Part shown: positions 16,740-25,493 of the stretch, piece by piece
How the letters are laid out: each line of letters opens with the position of its first letter
How positions within the stretch are numbered: position 1 is the first letter of the stretch
NCBI GenBank assembly: GCA_023132105.1
Contig: JAGLYS010000191.1
Location: forward strand, 1-27,857
Length of the DNA: 27,857 bases
Source of the DNA: a candidate division WOR-3 bacterium
GTDB taxonomy: Bacteria > Hydrothermota > 32-111 > QNBC01
Direction of reading: 5' to 3'
Translations under genes and position numbers: made by a program
The notes under the pieces: model-generated
What the model was told of the DNA's origin: nothing
The model's database searches: none
The model's input: the letters and a program-made list of their open reading frames with translations, nothing else

Positions 16740-16775
16740 AAGAAAGACAGGATATCAATTTATCCTGTCTTTCTT
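16740..16775. terminator. Probable bidirectional intrinsic terminator
   Basis: Perfect 15-bp inverted repeat AAGAAAGACAGGATA-tcaatt-TATCCTGTCTTTCTT between the convergent queC and oxidoreductase genes. Confidence 0.8.
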
Positions 16776-16785
16776 CTATATGAAA

Positions 16786-18132
16786 TTATAGTTTAGCAAT
16801 ATTCTGTGCAGCAGTAATTATTGGATAGATTGTTGGTGCAGCAGTTAACTTCGGATGAGTAGCAATTTGAAGCATTGCTATTTCATTTGCAGTCATTCTT
16901 TTCTGAATAGCAACAGCTATCACATTAATTAATTCGCCTACTGAGATCCCACCTCTTAACTGTCCACCAAGAAGAACTTTTGTATTTTTACTAAATATAA
17001 GTTTAACAACAATTTTTTCTGTTCCCTTAATAGCTCCCGGATGTTTATCAGGTGCTTCGGAAGTTGCAACAACAATATCGAATTTTTCATCCTTTGCAGT
17101 ATTTTCGGTAAGACCTGCTGATCCCAATGCTAACCTGTTTATATATGTTGAAAATGCTGCAATCGTTCCGGGATTTGTTCTTATTGCTTTAATACCGTAT
17201 AGATTTGCTCCGGCGATTCTTGCTTCTGCTGTTGCTGTCGAAGCAAGCATTACGGGTGAATGATCCCTTGTAAAAAAATCTCTTTTCTCGGCACAATCAC
17301 CTACAGCAAATATATTTCTATCTGTTGTTCTCATATAATCATTAACCCAAATACCACCACCTCTTCCAATTCGAAGATCACATTTTTTAATACATTCTAT
17401 ATTCTGTATTGCTCCAATACCGAGAATTACCATGTCAGCCGGCAATTCAGTGCCATCTTCCAATTTTACTGCTGTGGCTTTATCTGCTCCAACAATTTCA
17501 ACAACTTTACTATTCAAATGAAGTTTAATACCTTTTTCTATTAATTTATCTGCAGCTGCTTCACAAAATTCATCATCAAAGGCATTAAGTAAAACATTAG
17601 GAAGCATTTCAACTATTGCAACATTTTTATCTTCAAGAGAGGCAACCTCATCGGCCATTTCTATACCAATAAATCCACCACCAATGACAACAATATTTTT
17701 TACAGCTTTTGCCTTCTCTACCATTTTCTTGAGGTAGATTAAATCCTTTTTAATCGGATATACCCCGATTTTATCAATCCCCTCTATTGGTGGTACAATG
17801 GGTTTCGAACCGGTAGCGATTACGAGTTTTTCATATTGATATTCATTTCCGGATTTTGTTTTCACAATCCTATCTATTTTATCTACATCTATTGCCTCAT
17901 CAATAACTACTTTAATGCCCTTTGATTCAATACCGGTTGTTTTTAATGCATTTTTATCCGGGTCATCAAGTGTAGCAAACATATAAGGAATACCACATGG
18001 TATTACACCGGCATCTACGCTTTTCATAACTGTAATATCTTTCTCCGGATAATATCCTTTAGCTGTCATAGCTGTAATAATCCCTGCCGGACCTCCACCA
18101 AGTATTAAAATATCTGTTTTATTCATCTTCAT
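16786..18132 (-). CDS. FAD-dependent pyridine nucleotide-disulfide oxidoreductase (CoA-disulfide reductase/NADH oxidase family)
   Basis: ILGGGPAG, redox Cys in PCGIPY, ATGS, VIGGGFIG and IFAVGDCA; SD AGGAGG. Confidence 0.88.
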   Translation of the reverse strand: MKMNKTDILILGGGPAGIITAMTAKGYYPEKDITVMKSVDAGVIPCGIPYMFATLDDPDKNALKTTGIESKGIKVVIDEAIDVDKIDRIVKTKSGNEYQYEKLVIATGSKPIVPPIEGIDKIGVYPIKKDLIYLKKMVEKAKAVKNIVVIGGGFIGIEMADEVASLEDKNVAIVEMLPNVLLNAFDDEFCEAAADKLIEKGIKLHLNSKVVEIVGADKATAVKLEDGTELPADMVILGIGAIQNIECIKKCDLRIGRGGGIWVNDYMRTTDRNIFAVGDCAEKRDFFTRDHSPVMLASTATAEARIAGANLYGIKAIRTNPGTIAAFSTYINRLALGSAGLTENTAKDEKFDIVVATSEAPDKHPGAIKGTEKIVVKLIFSKNTKVLLGGQLRGGISVGELINVIAVAIQKRMTANEIAMLQIATHPKLTAAPTIYPIITAAQNIAKL

Positions 18133-18154
18133 ACCTCCTGTTATATGTGATTGA

Positions 18155-18182
18155 AATATATCACTATCCTATCTTTTGTCAA
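18155..18182 (-). promoter_or_regulatory. Putative sigma70 promoter of the oxidoreductase
   Basis: Minus strand TTGACA (18182-18177), 16 nt spacer, TATATT (18160-18155). Confidence 0.5.
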
Positions 18183-18282
18183 GAAGAATACTGGAAGGAA
18201 TGGATTTAATCCTCTATTCTCTCCTTAAACTGGTTAATATGTGACATTTTAGCATTGTAACATCAATGAAGTCATATTGGTG

Positions 18283-18311
18283 TTGACATACAATAAAAAA
18301 TATTATATATT
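18283..18311 (+). promoter_or_regulatory. Sigma70 promoter of tRNA-Ala
   Basis: TTGACA (18283-18288), 17 nt spacer, TATATT (18306-18311). Confidence 0.65.
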
Positions 18312-18328
18312 TTTTAAATAAATTCAGA

Positions 18329-18401
18329 GGGGCTATGGCGCAGCTGGGAGCGCGTTTGACTGGCAGTCAAAAGGCCACGGGTTCGAATCCCGTTAGCTCC
18401 A
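18329..18401 (+). tRNA. tRNA-Ala (anticodon GGC), CCA not encoded
   Basis: Acceptor stem GGGGCTA/TAGCTCC with the G3:U70 Ala identity pair, D arm GCGC/GCGC, anticodon stem TTTGA/TCAAA with loop CTGGCAG, T arm ACGGG-TTCGAAT-CCCGT, discriminator A. Confidence 0.97.
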
Positions 18402-18425
18402 CTTTTTGTTAATATAGGAGGTAAG

Positions 18426-18926
18426 ATGAAAATAAACAAGAAATATCTCATATTGTTATTCGCAGTTTTGGTTCTAATAGGATGTACAAAATACGATAAT
18501 TTTAGCGACAGAGCTAAAATCAAGCAAGCAGAAAGAAACTTATCAAATGTTAAAAATAATTTGGAAAGGTATTATCTCGATAATATAACTTTCCCACCTG
18601 ATGGAGCTGATTTAAAACAATATATCGGTGAATTTTTTACAACAACAGATACAGCCGGCAATACAGTTGATAAATGGAACACTGATGTAGTTAATGCTTT
18701 TCATAATAAAAAAATCCATTATGAAACACCTGATTCCTTAAAAACCTATTACATTTGGGTACAGGCAAATGACAAATCACATACTATGTTATCCGAGGGA
18801 ACAAAATCCTTCAAAGATCCGATCAAGACAAAGGAATTGAGAGATAAGGACAAAATAGCCCTTGAAGAAGCTATTAGAAAGAATAAATTAAAAGCAGAAA
18901 AAGCTGCAAGAAGAAAAAGGAAATAG
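18426..18926 (+). CDS. Lipoprotein with a GspG/pilin-like helical domain
   Basis: Lipobox LIGC, then RAKIKQAERNLSNVKNNLERYYLDNITFP, which resembles the GspG alpha1-C segment ending Y-x-x-D-N-x-x-[YF]-P; SD AGGAGG. Confidence 0.6.
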   Translation: MKINKKYLILLFAVLVLIGCTKYDNFSDRAKIKQAERNLSNVKNNLERYYLDNITFPPDGADLKQYIGEFFTTTDTAGNTVDKWNTDVVNAFHNKKIHYETPDSLKTYYIWVQANDKSHTMLSEGTKSFKDPIKTKELRDKDKIALEEAIRKNKLKAEKAARRKRK

Positions 18927-18935
18927 GAGGGTTCT

Positions 18936-20093
18936 ATGAAAATAATCCTATTAATAATTCTGACTTTCTCAATTTTGTATATAGGTTGTGCAACAACTGA
19001 GGGAAACAAAGGCACTAATGATATTACATTTGAGGATACACTTGAAACAGGTATAGGAATTGGTACGGTTGAAGATACCGGACACAGAAACCCAAATGAA
19101 TCGTATGATATAGGATGTACAAGCTATATAAACAAAGATTACCAACATGCTGAAATAATGTTAAAAAAGGCTATTGAAGATAGCATCAAATTTATCGATG
19201 CTTATATATTATTATCTCATGTATATTTTGATATGGGATTGAATGATGCTTCCGAACAGACCATTTTAAATGCAATGAAAATATCCCCTAATAACACCAA
19301 ACTTTATTATTCATTAGGAAGATTTTATACCAATATTTGCAATTATGACAAAGCGAATAGTATGTATTATAAAGCTTTGAAAATAGATCCTAATTATGCT
19401 TATGCATATCTCGGACTTGGTTTCAATTGCGAAAAATGTGAAAAGATACGGGAATCATTAAGTTTCTATAAAAAAGCTTATGAATTAAAACCAAAAGAGG
19501 AAGAATTCGCAATTGCATATAGCAAAGCATGTATTCAAGTTAATGAATATGAAAAAGCTTTACCTATACTTGAATGGCTATCTGTACAACACCCTAATGA
19601 TATAAAAATAAAATTGGATTTAGGTGATGCTTATATCGAAGCGAAACAATACAATAAAGCAATTGAAGTATTTAAAATAGTTTCGGAAAAATCTCCTAAC
19701 TTTGCCCCTATATATACACGAATTGCACAAGCTTATGAACATTTAAGAAAATACAATACTGCTAAATCATATTTCGAAAAAGCAATTAAGGTAAACCCAA
19801 AAAGCGAACCTGCATATACCCTTTATGCACAGATGTATATATATAAACTGAAAAAATATCGAGAAGCTCGCACAGTGCTTGACAGAGCATACAAAATTAA
19901 TCCGAACAGTGCTGCTGTCTTGGCTTTGAAGGGAGAAACATATCTCCATACGAAAAATTGGAATACTGCTATATCATATTATAGAAAAGCACTTACAAAG
20001 AACGATCCGAACTGGAATGCTTTTTCGAATAAAAGAATTAAATACGCAAATGAAAGGAAGGATGAAGAAAGAAAGCAAAAGGAAGGATGGTGA
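18936..20093 (+). CDS. TPR-repeat lipoprotein
   Basis: Lipobox YIGC; many 34-aa TPR-like repeats (e.g. ALKIDPNYAYAYLGLG, AIKVNPKSEPAY); SD AGGAGG. Confidence 0.85.
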   Translation: MKIILLIILTFSILYIGCATTEGNKGTNDITFEDTLETGIGIGTVEDTGHRNPNESYDIGCTSYINKDYQHAEIMLKKAIEDSIKFIDAYILLSHVYFDMGLNDASEQTILNAMKISPNNTKLYYSLGRFYTNICNYDKANSMYYKALKIDPNYAYAYLGLGFNCEKCEKIRESLSFYKKAYELKPKEEEFAIAYSKACIQVNEYEKALPILEWLSVQHPNDIKIKLDLGDAYIEAKQYNKAIEVFKIVSEKSPNFAPIYTRIAQAYEHLRKYNTAKSYFEKAIKVNPKSEPAYTLYAQMYIYKLKKYREARTVLDRAYKINPNSAAVLALKGETYLHTKNWNTAISYYRKALTKNDPNWNAFSNKRIKYANERKDEERKQKEGW

Positions 20094-20101
20094 TCTGAAT
20101 A

Positions 20102-20452
20102 ATGAAATTCTTCTGGACACTAATAACAATTTCAATAATTGCACTTATAATATATACTTGTATTTTATTTATAGGAATAAGGGTAAAGCGTGCAGATTTA
20201 AAAGATCGTATTGGTACGGAATTGACATATGAAGGTACTGCCGCTACAGAGGAAAAATTAAGGGATAAAATAAACACTTTTCTTGATGAAAAAAATATAA
20301 ATATTCCCTATGATAATGTACAGATAAATGCAGATTGGACAAAATTAACTGTAAAAATCACATACCCAGATAGTATTATTCTTTTCAATAAATTTAAAAT
20401 ATATAAAATTATATTTACAGTTGAAGATACTGTATATTTTAATAATCAGTAG
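20102..20452 (+). CDS. Small single-TM protein, possibly DUF4845-like or pilin-like
   Basis: N-terminal hydrophobic helix, amphipathic helices, then alternating beta strands (VKITYPDSIILF). The family call is tentative. Confidence 0.5.
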   Translation: MKFFWTLITISIIALIIYTCILFIGIRVKRADLKDRIGTELTYEGTAATEEKLRDKINTFLDEKNINIPYDNVQINADWTKLTVKITYPDSIILFNKFKIYKIIFTVEDTVYFNNQ

Positions 20453-21746
20453 CAGTCTGTTCCTTACGGACTGCTCTTCCCCCTTGAGAAAATATTATCT
20501 AAGAAATGTCAAATGCAATACGGAATTATTGTATCACTATTTTGAAAAAGCAAAAAGCAAAAATATATCTTTGAAAGAAGTATCTCATATATCTCAAACA
20601 ATCATCAATGATTACAATGACCATGGATTTCCATTCGCAAAAATTACAATAGAAAATAATATTCGGTTCGATACTTTAGATATTCTTGTTAACATTGAAA
20701 AAGGGGAACATATGATTGTTAATGATATTGTTTCCAATGATATAGGATCTATTAACTATGTTAGACATTGGAAAAAGGATATAATTGATAAGTCATATAA
20801 TCAATCATCGATTGAAATTCTTCTTTATAAAATAGAAAATATATCTTTTGTTGTATCAGTGGAAAGTCTTGTGATTTTCAAGAAAGAAAAAATATTTAAC
20901 ATTTATATTCCTATAAAATCAAATTTCAAATCAACATTAAAAGGTAATTTGAATTACTCTGTTAATAACCTAACAGGTAATATACAATTTCATACAAATA
21001 ATCTATTTAAAAGATCTGCATATTTAATTGCTGATTATTATTCTTCGAGACATATTATGAATATAACTATTAATACCATATTGAAAAATATAAACTATTC
21101 TGATTATGGAATATCTTCTCTGATAAAATACGAAAGAAGAGATACAAGCGAATATTTGTATGATTTGAATTTATCTTTAATGTATCAATCCTCTTCATCA
21201 TATAGCACAGGTCTTGGTTTTGGTTTCATTAGTATTGGTGGTATGAATAATATATTTAAAAAATATATTATATATTCACAATTATTAAGTATAGGATATT
21301 CTAATTTGCGATTTTATATATATGGGTATGATAACAATCGCGATTATTATTTGTCAATAAACGCTTTTATAAACTCAGAATTGCTTTTAAATAATATTCT
21401 ATTTAGAAACGAAAATTTTACTATATATAATTACCCGAATATAGAATTTGTTGATATAGAAAAACACAATATCTCAGGATTTTGGGGAATAAGAAGCTAT
21501 AAATCTCATCATTTACTGGAAAACAATTTTATTCTAATGAGAAATGATATTAGTTATCTTATAACAAAACAATTCTCCGTTGGAGTACTTTTTGACTGTG
21601 CATATTTTGGGAATTTTGTATATGGAATAGGACCAATTTTTAACTTAAATAATTCCAATTATACTCTATCAATGTCTATAGCTACTTCTTCGTTGAGTAA
21701 TATCGCAAGTTCTATTATTTCAGGAGCGATTTCCTACGATTTCTAA
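20421..21746 (+). CDS. Divergent Omp85 (BamA/TamA-like) outer-membrane protein
   Basis: Signal peptide with possible lipobox (LTDC), POTRA-like YNDHGFPFAKI...NIEKGE, barrel-start TNNLF, loop-6-like GIRSY and a terminal aromatic residue (YDF). Confidence 0.55.
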   Translation: MKILYILIISSSLFLTDCSSPLRKYYLRNVKCNTELLYHYFEKAKSKNISLKEVSHISQTIINDYNDHGFPFAKITIENNIRFDTLDILVNIEKGEHMIVNDIVSNDIGSINYVRHWKKDIIDKSYNQSSIEILLYKIENISFVVSVESLVIFKKEKIFNIYIPIKSNFKSTLKGNLNYSVNNLTGNIQFHTNNLFKRSAYLIADYYSSRHIMNITINTILKNINYSDYGISSLIKYERRDTSEYLYDLNLSLMYQSSSSYSTGLGFGFISIGGMNNIFKKYIIYSQLLSIGYSNLRFYIYGYDNNRDYYLSINAFINSELLLNNILFRNENFTIYNYPNIEFVDIEKHNISGFWGIRSYKSHHLLENNFILMRNDISYLITKQFSVGVLFDCAYFGNFVYGIGPIFNLNNSNYTLSMSIATSSLSNIASSIISGAISYDF

Positions 21747-22686
21747 CAATTCTAATCTTCTTATTGTGTTCTTTCAGACTTAGTGAAAACAGGTGATGAC
21801 CATCGACATCAGCAACAAAATACAGATAATTTGTTTGTGCCGGATATAATGCTGCTCTAATTGCCATTCTCCCCGGATTGCAGATAGGTCCCGGGGGAAG
21901 TCCGTAATATATGTATGTATTATAAGGAGATTTATATTTTAAATCTTTATATGTAAGTCGTTCCTTATGATATCCCATAGCATAAATTACTGTCGGGTCA
22001 CACTCAAGGCGATATCCTTTCTTAAGTCTATTGTAGTAAACACTGGCAATCATTGGCATTTCAGATGTAAATTTTGCTTCTGCCTGAATTAGTGATGCCA
22101 TAGTAATTATATTCATTCGGGTATTATTTTTTCTATATACATATCTTGCTGATTCCTCTTCATAAACCTCATTAAAATGATTAATTAAAACCTTTACAAT
22201 TTCATCCAAATTTGAAAATCTACTGAAGTTATATGTATCCGGGAATAAGAATCCTTCAAGCGATTCCCCTTTAATCCCATATTTCTTTAATACTGTTTTG
22301 TCATAAGCATAATTAATAAATATTGATTTTTTAATGTTTAAATACTTCTCAATAAGCTTCGTTATATTTCTAATATTGTATCCTTCGGGTATCGTGATTT
22401 TTATCTGTTCTGTTTCTCCTTCTAAAAGCATTTCAATCACCTTAAATACAGACATATTCCTTTTAAATTTGTATGTTCCTGATTTTATACTCTTCTCTTT
22501 TCCTTTTAATTTTACTATGATTTTAAATGTATTTTCACTCGAAATCACATTCTTTGTTTTCAATCTATGTGCAATTGAAGAGATATTTGCACCCTTAGGA
22601 ATAGTTACATAAACTATTTTTTCTTTTCTACTACAACCAATTTGCAGTATCAAAATAGCAATACTATATATCAATAGTCTTTTCAT
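21715..22686 (-). CDS. mltG: Endolytic transglycosylase MltG (YceG)
   Basis: TIPEGY, LEGFLFPDTY, MASLIQAE, ASVYYNRL, DPTVIY, SPYNTY, GLPPGPICNPG and YLYFVA. Confidence 0.95.
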   Translation of the reverse strand: MKRLLIYSIAILILQIGCSRKEKIVYVTIPKGANISSIAHRLKTKNVISSENTFKIIVKLKGKEKSIKSGTYKFKRNMSVFKVIEMLLEGETEQIKITIPEGYNIRNITKLIEKYLNIKKSIFINYAYDKTVLKKYGIKGESLEGFLFPDTYNFSRFSNLDEIVKVLINHFNEVYEEESARYVYRKNNTRMNIITMASLIQAEAKFTSEMPMIASVYYNRLKKGYRLECDPTVIYAMGYHKERLTYKDLKYKSPYNTYIYYGLPPGPICNPGRMAIRAALYPAQTNYLYFVADVDGHHLFSLSLKEHNKKIRIVRNRRKSLLK

Positions 22687-23080
22687 TATCAATAAATCTT
22701 TTTAATATAACATAGGCGGATATAGAATCCATATCATAATGTTTTTTACCTGGCGTTTTCTCTAATAATTCCTTTGCATCTTCGGTTGAATAACGTTCGT
22801 CTATTCCTTTTACAATTACATTACATTCCTTTTTTATTAATTTGGCAAATTTGATTACCTCAATATAACGAAACCCTTTGCTGCCATCAACATTAAAAGG
22901 AAGACCAATCAATACAAGTACGATTTCTCTCTCCTTGACAACTGAAGATATAAAGTTTAGAGCCTGATTTCGCCTTACGGTTTTATATGGGAATGGGATT
23001 TTACCGGATATATCCGTAATGGCTGTTCCGACACTTTTTCTTCCTTCATCTATTGCTAATATGTAATTTTTTTTCAACAA
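22664..23080 (-). CDS. ruvX: YqgF/RuvX family pre-16S rRNA nuclease
   Basis: LAIDEG, IGLPFNVDGS, DERYST and DSISAYVIL; the ruvX-mltG pairing is a familiar arrangement. A TTG start near 23080 is inferred. Confidence 0.85.
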   Translation of the reverse strand: MLKKNYILAIDEGRKSVGTAITDISGKIPFPYKTVRRNQALNFISSVVKEREIVLVLIGLPFNVDGSKGFRYIEVIKFAKLIKKECNVIVKGIDERYSTEDAKELLEKTPGKKHYDMDSISAYVILKRFIDNEKTIDI

Positions 23081-23810
23081 AATTAATGCCCTCTGTATAA
23101 ACAAATATTAATATAAATATTATTAATGTATACCTAACCGCGTAATATATCCCTACTATTCCACTTTTTTCTATCACATTAAGCAAAGGTAAAAATGGGG
23201 GAAGTATTTTTATTACCGAACTCATTATTCCTCTAATAATTACAGGAATATCATATTTAGTTGTGTAATTATACATAAATGGGAGTAGTAAAGACCCCAG
23301 ATAAAACACCCAACTAAAAAAATAGAGAAATCCTTTTGATAAAAAATTCGCAAGCAATCCTATCAGTGATGTTATCATTAAAATCATCAATAATATAGAA
23401 ATAAGGAGTATAAAAACATTACTATCATAACCAAACTTATTTGTTTCAAGAGTAATAAGATACATAGCAATATAAGGGATAAGAGATACAATTGCTATAA
23501 GCACTATTGCGACTATTTTCATTACCTCCTCAAGAAATTTCCTCTCATACTTTATATACCTGTCTTTTAATATGGATGAAGAAATTCCAATGAGGTATCC
23601 TGCTGTGAAAAACGAAATAATATTAATTGAAAAAGCCTGAAAATTAAGATAGGAATTCTTCTGTATAGCTGACGAATTTATTATAACAATATTTGTTTTA
23701 ATAAAAAGATTAAATATTAAAGCATATATAGGAATTCCTATAAGATAAAAATAGGTAAAACAAGATTTCAATATTTTTCTTATATAATATTTAAAATATA
23801 CTTTTATCAT
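23046..23810 (-). CDS. Multi-pass membrane protein, ABC-2 permease-like topology
   Basis: About six hydrophobic segments; the start abuts the upstream stop (TAAATG). No family motif recognised. Confidence 0.55.
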   Translation of the reverse strand: MIKVYFKYYIRKILKSCFTYFYLIGIPIYALIFNLFIKTNIVIINSSAIQKNSYLNFQAFSINIISFFTAGYLIGISSSILKDRYIKYERKFLEEVMKIVAIVLIAIVSLIPYIAMYLITLETNKFGYDSNVFILLISILLMILMITSLIGLLANFLSKGFLYFFSWVFYLGSLLLPFMYNYTTKYDIPVIIRGIMSSVIKILPPFLPLLNVIEKSGIVGIYYAVRYTLIIFILIFVYTEGINFVEKKLHISNR

Positions 23811-24920
23811 TTAATTTTCTTTTAACTTTAATATTTTATTGCTGATAGAATCGTTATTGGTGTAAAAATCTATTCGCCTTATTTCTGCAAATGGAATAAA
23901 TGTTTTACAACATGTTCCTGTTTGAATAATGAGTGGCTTTTGTTTTCTATCTATTAAATTATACATTTTCATATTTTTATCATATATAACACTCTTATGT
24001 GTATGTCCACATAAGATAAAATCAATACTATGCTTTTCTGCTATAGTGAGAATAGCATCGTTATTTCTTTGATTGAGTTCGGTATGGTCTACGGGAGGTC
24101 CATGCATAACAAAAGCTTTATAAGGATAATTATCACTTGCTAATAAATTATCAGCCCATTTTATATCTACGGATGAGGGACCTTTACACCTGGACGGAAG
24201 AAAATAATTATCGCTTCTTGTATCAAAAAGGTAAATGCTCAGTGGAAATATTGCTTCATGAAAGTGATCCTTCTCATTTATTCTGTCTTTGAATGTTCTA
24301 TTGCCAATAGACATTTTTAGAAAATTATGATGTTCATGGTTTCCTGAAATCATCAAAAATGGACATTTTATATTTTCTGTTATTTTCATAAACTCTTCGA
24401 GATAATTAGAATTATTATACTCAATATTATCCCCGCCAAAAATTACGATATCAGGATTCTCTTTATTTATTATATCAACCCATTTTACCAATTTCTCTGC
24501 TGTATGTCTAAATCCTATATGACAGTCAGTAATAAAAATTACTCTTATGAAATCCTTGAAATTATTATTATCTTTGATTGAAATACAATGTTTTTCAATC
24601 ACGGTTTTCTCTCCGATTATGGAAGTAATATTGTATATTCCTTCTTTTATATTACTGAATTCTATTTTATATATTTTAAATGTATCCGGTTTGTACCATT
24701 TTGATGAAATTGAATTATTGCATATCTTAAAACTATCGGGAACTTCCTTGAAATGCACTGAAATTGTGTCTGTCGATTTCCTGCATGCATTTATACCGAA
24801 CTTCGGATATCTAATTATTGATTCCTCCCCTAAAACCTTATTATACAGACAGATTATAATGATAATAAGTAGGAAACAAGCTTTGAAACATCTTTTATAT
24901 TTAATAAAGGAATCTTCCAT
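23811..24920 (-). CDS. Exported calcineurin-like metallophosphoesterase
   Basis: Motifs TDCHIG, GGDN, GNHE, MHGP and GHTH; hydrophobic signal-like N-terminus; SD AGGAG. Confidence 0.85.
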   Translation of the reverse strand: MEDSFIKYKRCFKACFLLIIIIICLYNKVLGEESIIRYPKFGINACRKSTDTISVHFKEVPDSFKICNNSISSKWYKPDTFKIYKIEFSNIKEGIYNITSIIGEKTVIEKHCISIKDNNNFKDFIRVIFITDCHIGFRHTAEKLVKWVDIINKENPDIVIFGGDNIEYNNSNYLEEFMKITENIKCPFLMISGNHEHHNFLKMSIGNRTFKDRINEKDHFHEAIFPLSIYLFDTRSDNYFLPSRCKGPSSVDIKWADNLLASDNYPYKAFVMHGPPVDHTELNQRNNDAILTIAEKHSIDFILCGHTHKSVIYDKNMKMYNLIDRKQKPLIIQTGTCCKTFIPFAEIRRIDFYTNNDSISNKILKLKEN

Positions 24921-25312
24921 TTTGTATTTTCTCCTTTTACTACTGCTACAATTTCTTCTCTGTTTATATCATCATCAACATTGCCAATCCATATTTTTTT
25001 AATTCCCTTTATGTTCTTTCCCCCTTCTATAAGGACATAATCCATATCTTCATAGTATAATAGTAATTCGGATATATCATAATTGCTTTCGATATGATAG
25101 TTTATAAATCCATCTTTACCTAAAAATGATACGGAATCAATACCTGCATTCAAGAATCTTGTTGTATCCTTAAGAACTTCTCTTTTAATATAATTATCCG
25201 AATGCTTTATTATGGCAATTTTATAATTCATATCTCTTAATTTTTTAGCGATTTCAATAATTAATGTTGTTTTTCCACTATTTGAATAACCAACAAATGA
25301 AAAACATTTCAT
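24854..25312 (-). CDS. mobB: Molybdopterin-guanine dinucleotide biosynthesis protein B
   Basis: VGYSNSGKTTLI P-loop, IKH, DTTRFLNAG and VLIEGGK. Confidence 0.85.
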   Translation of the reverse strand: MKCFSFVGYSNSGKTTLIIEIAKKLRDMNYKIAIIKHSDNYIKREVLKDTTRFLNAGIDSVSFLGKDGFINYHIESNYDISELLLYYEDMDYVLIEGGKNIKGIKKIWIGNVDDDINREEIVAVVKGENTKWKIPLLNIKDVSKLVSYLLSL

Positions 25313-25317
25313 TCATA

Positions 25318-25346
25318 CTTATATAATAAATTATTGAATATTGCAA
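25318..25346 (-). promoter_or_regulatory. Putative promoter, possibly giving a leaderless mobB mRNA
   Basis: Minus strand TTGCAA (25346-25341), 17 nt spacer, TATAAG (25323-25318), 5 nt, ATG (25312); no SD. Confidence 0.45.
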
Positions 25347-25433
25347 TATAAAAGAGAAGAATGGAAATAATAAATATGTCAATTGCCAACCATTAAGGGA
25401 GGACAGGAAAAATAAGGTAAACTTTTATATCTA

Positions 25434-25462
25434 TTGACAAAATCCCCAATCCGATTTATTGT
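25434..25462 (+). promoter_or_regulatory. Putative sigma70 promoter of the cNMP-binding protein
   Basis: TTGACA (25434-25439), 17 nt spacer, TATTGT (25457-25462); SD GGAGG at 25483-25487. Confidence 0.55.
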
Positions 25463-25493
25463 TTTATATAGTATTTTACAATGGAGGTAAGTT

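Noticed and set aside
18314-18523. 69-aa minus-strand ORF
   Set aside because: It is the reverse complement of tRNA-Ala and the lipoprotein start.
18329-21746. Genomic island integrated at tRNA-Ala
   Set aside because: No integrase and no duplicated tRNA 3' end seen in the window.
7749-24000. Other short ORFs nested in or opposite real genes (e.g. 7749, 8959, 11251, 12300, 13134, 13353, 15445, 17260, 18749, 19767, 20017, 20038, 22334)
   Set aside because: They overlap confident CDS almost entirely and have no recognisable features.
24547-25002. 151-aa plus-strand ORF
   Set aside because: Antisense to the phosphoesterase and mobB; no family signal.
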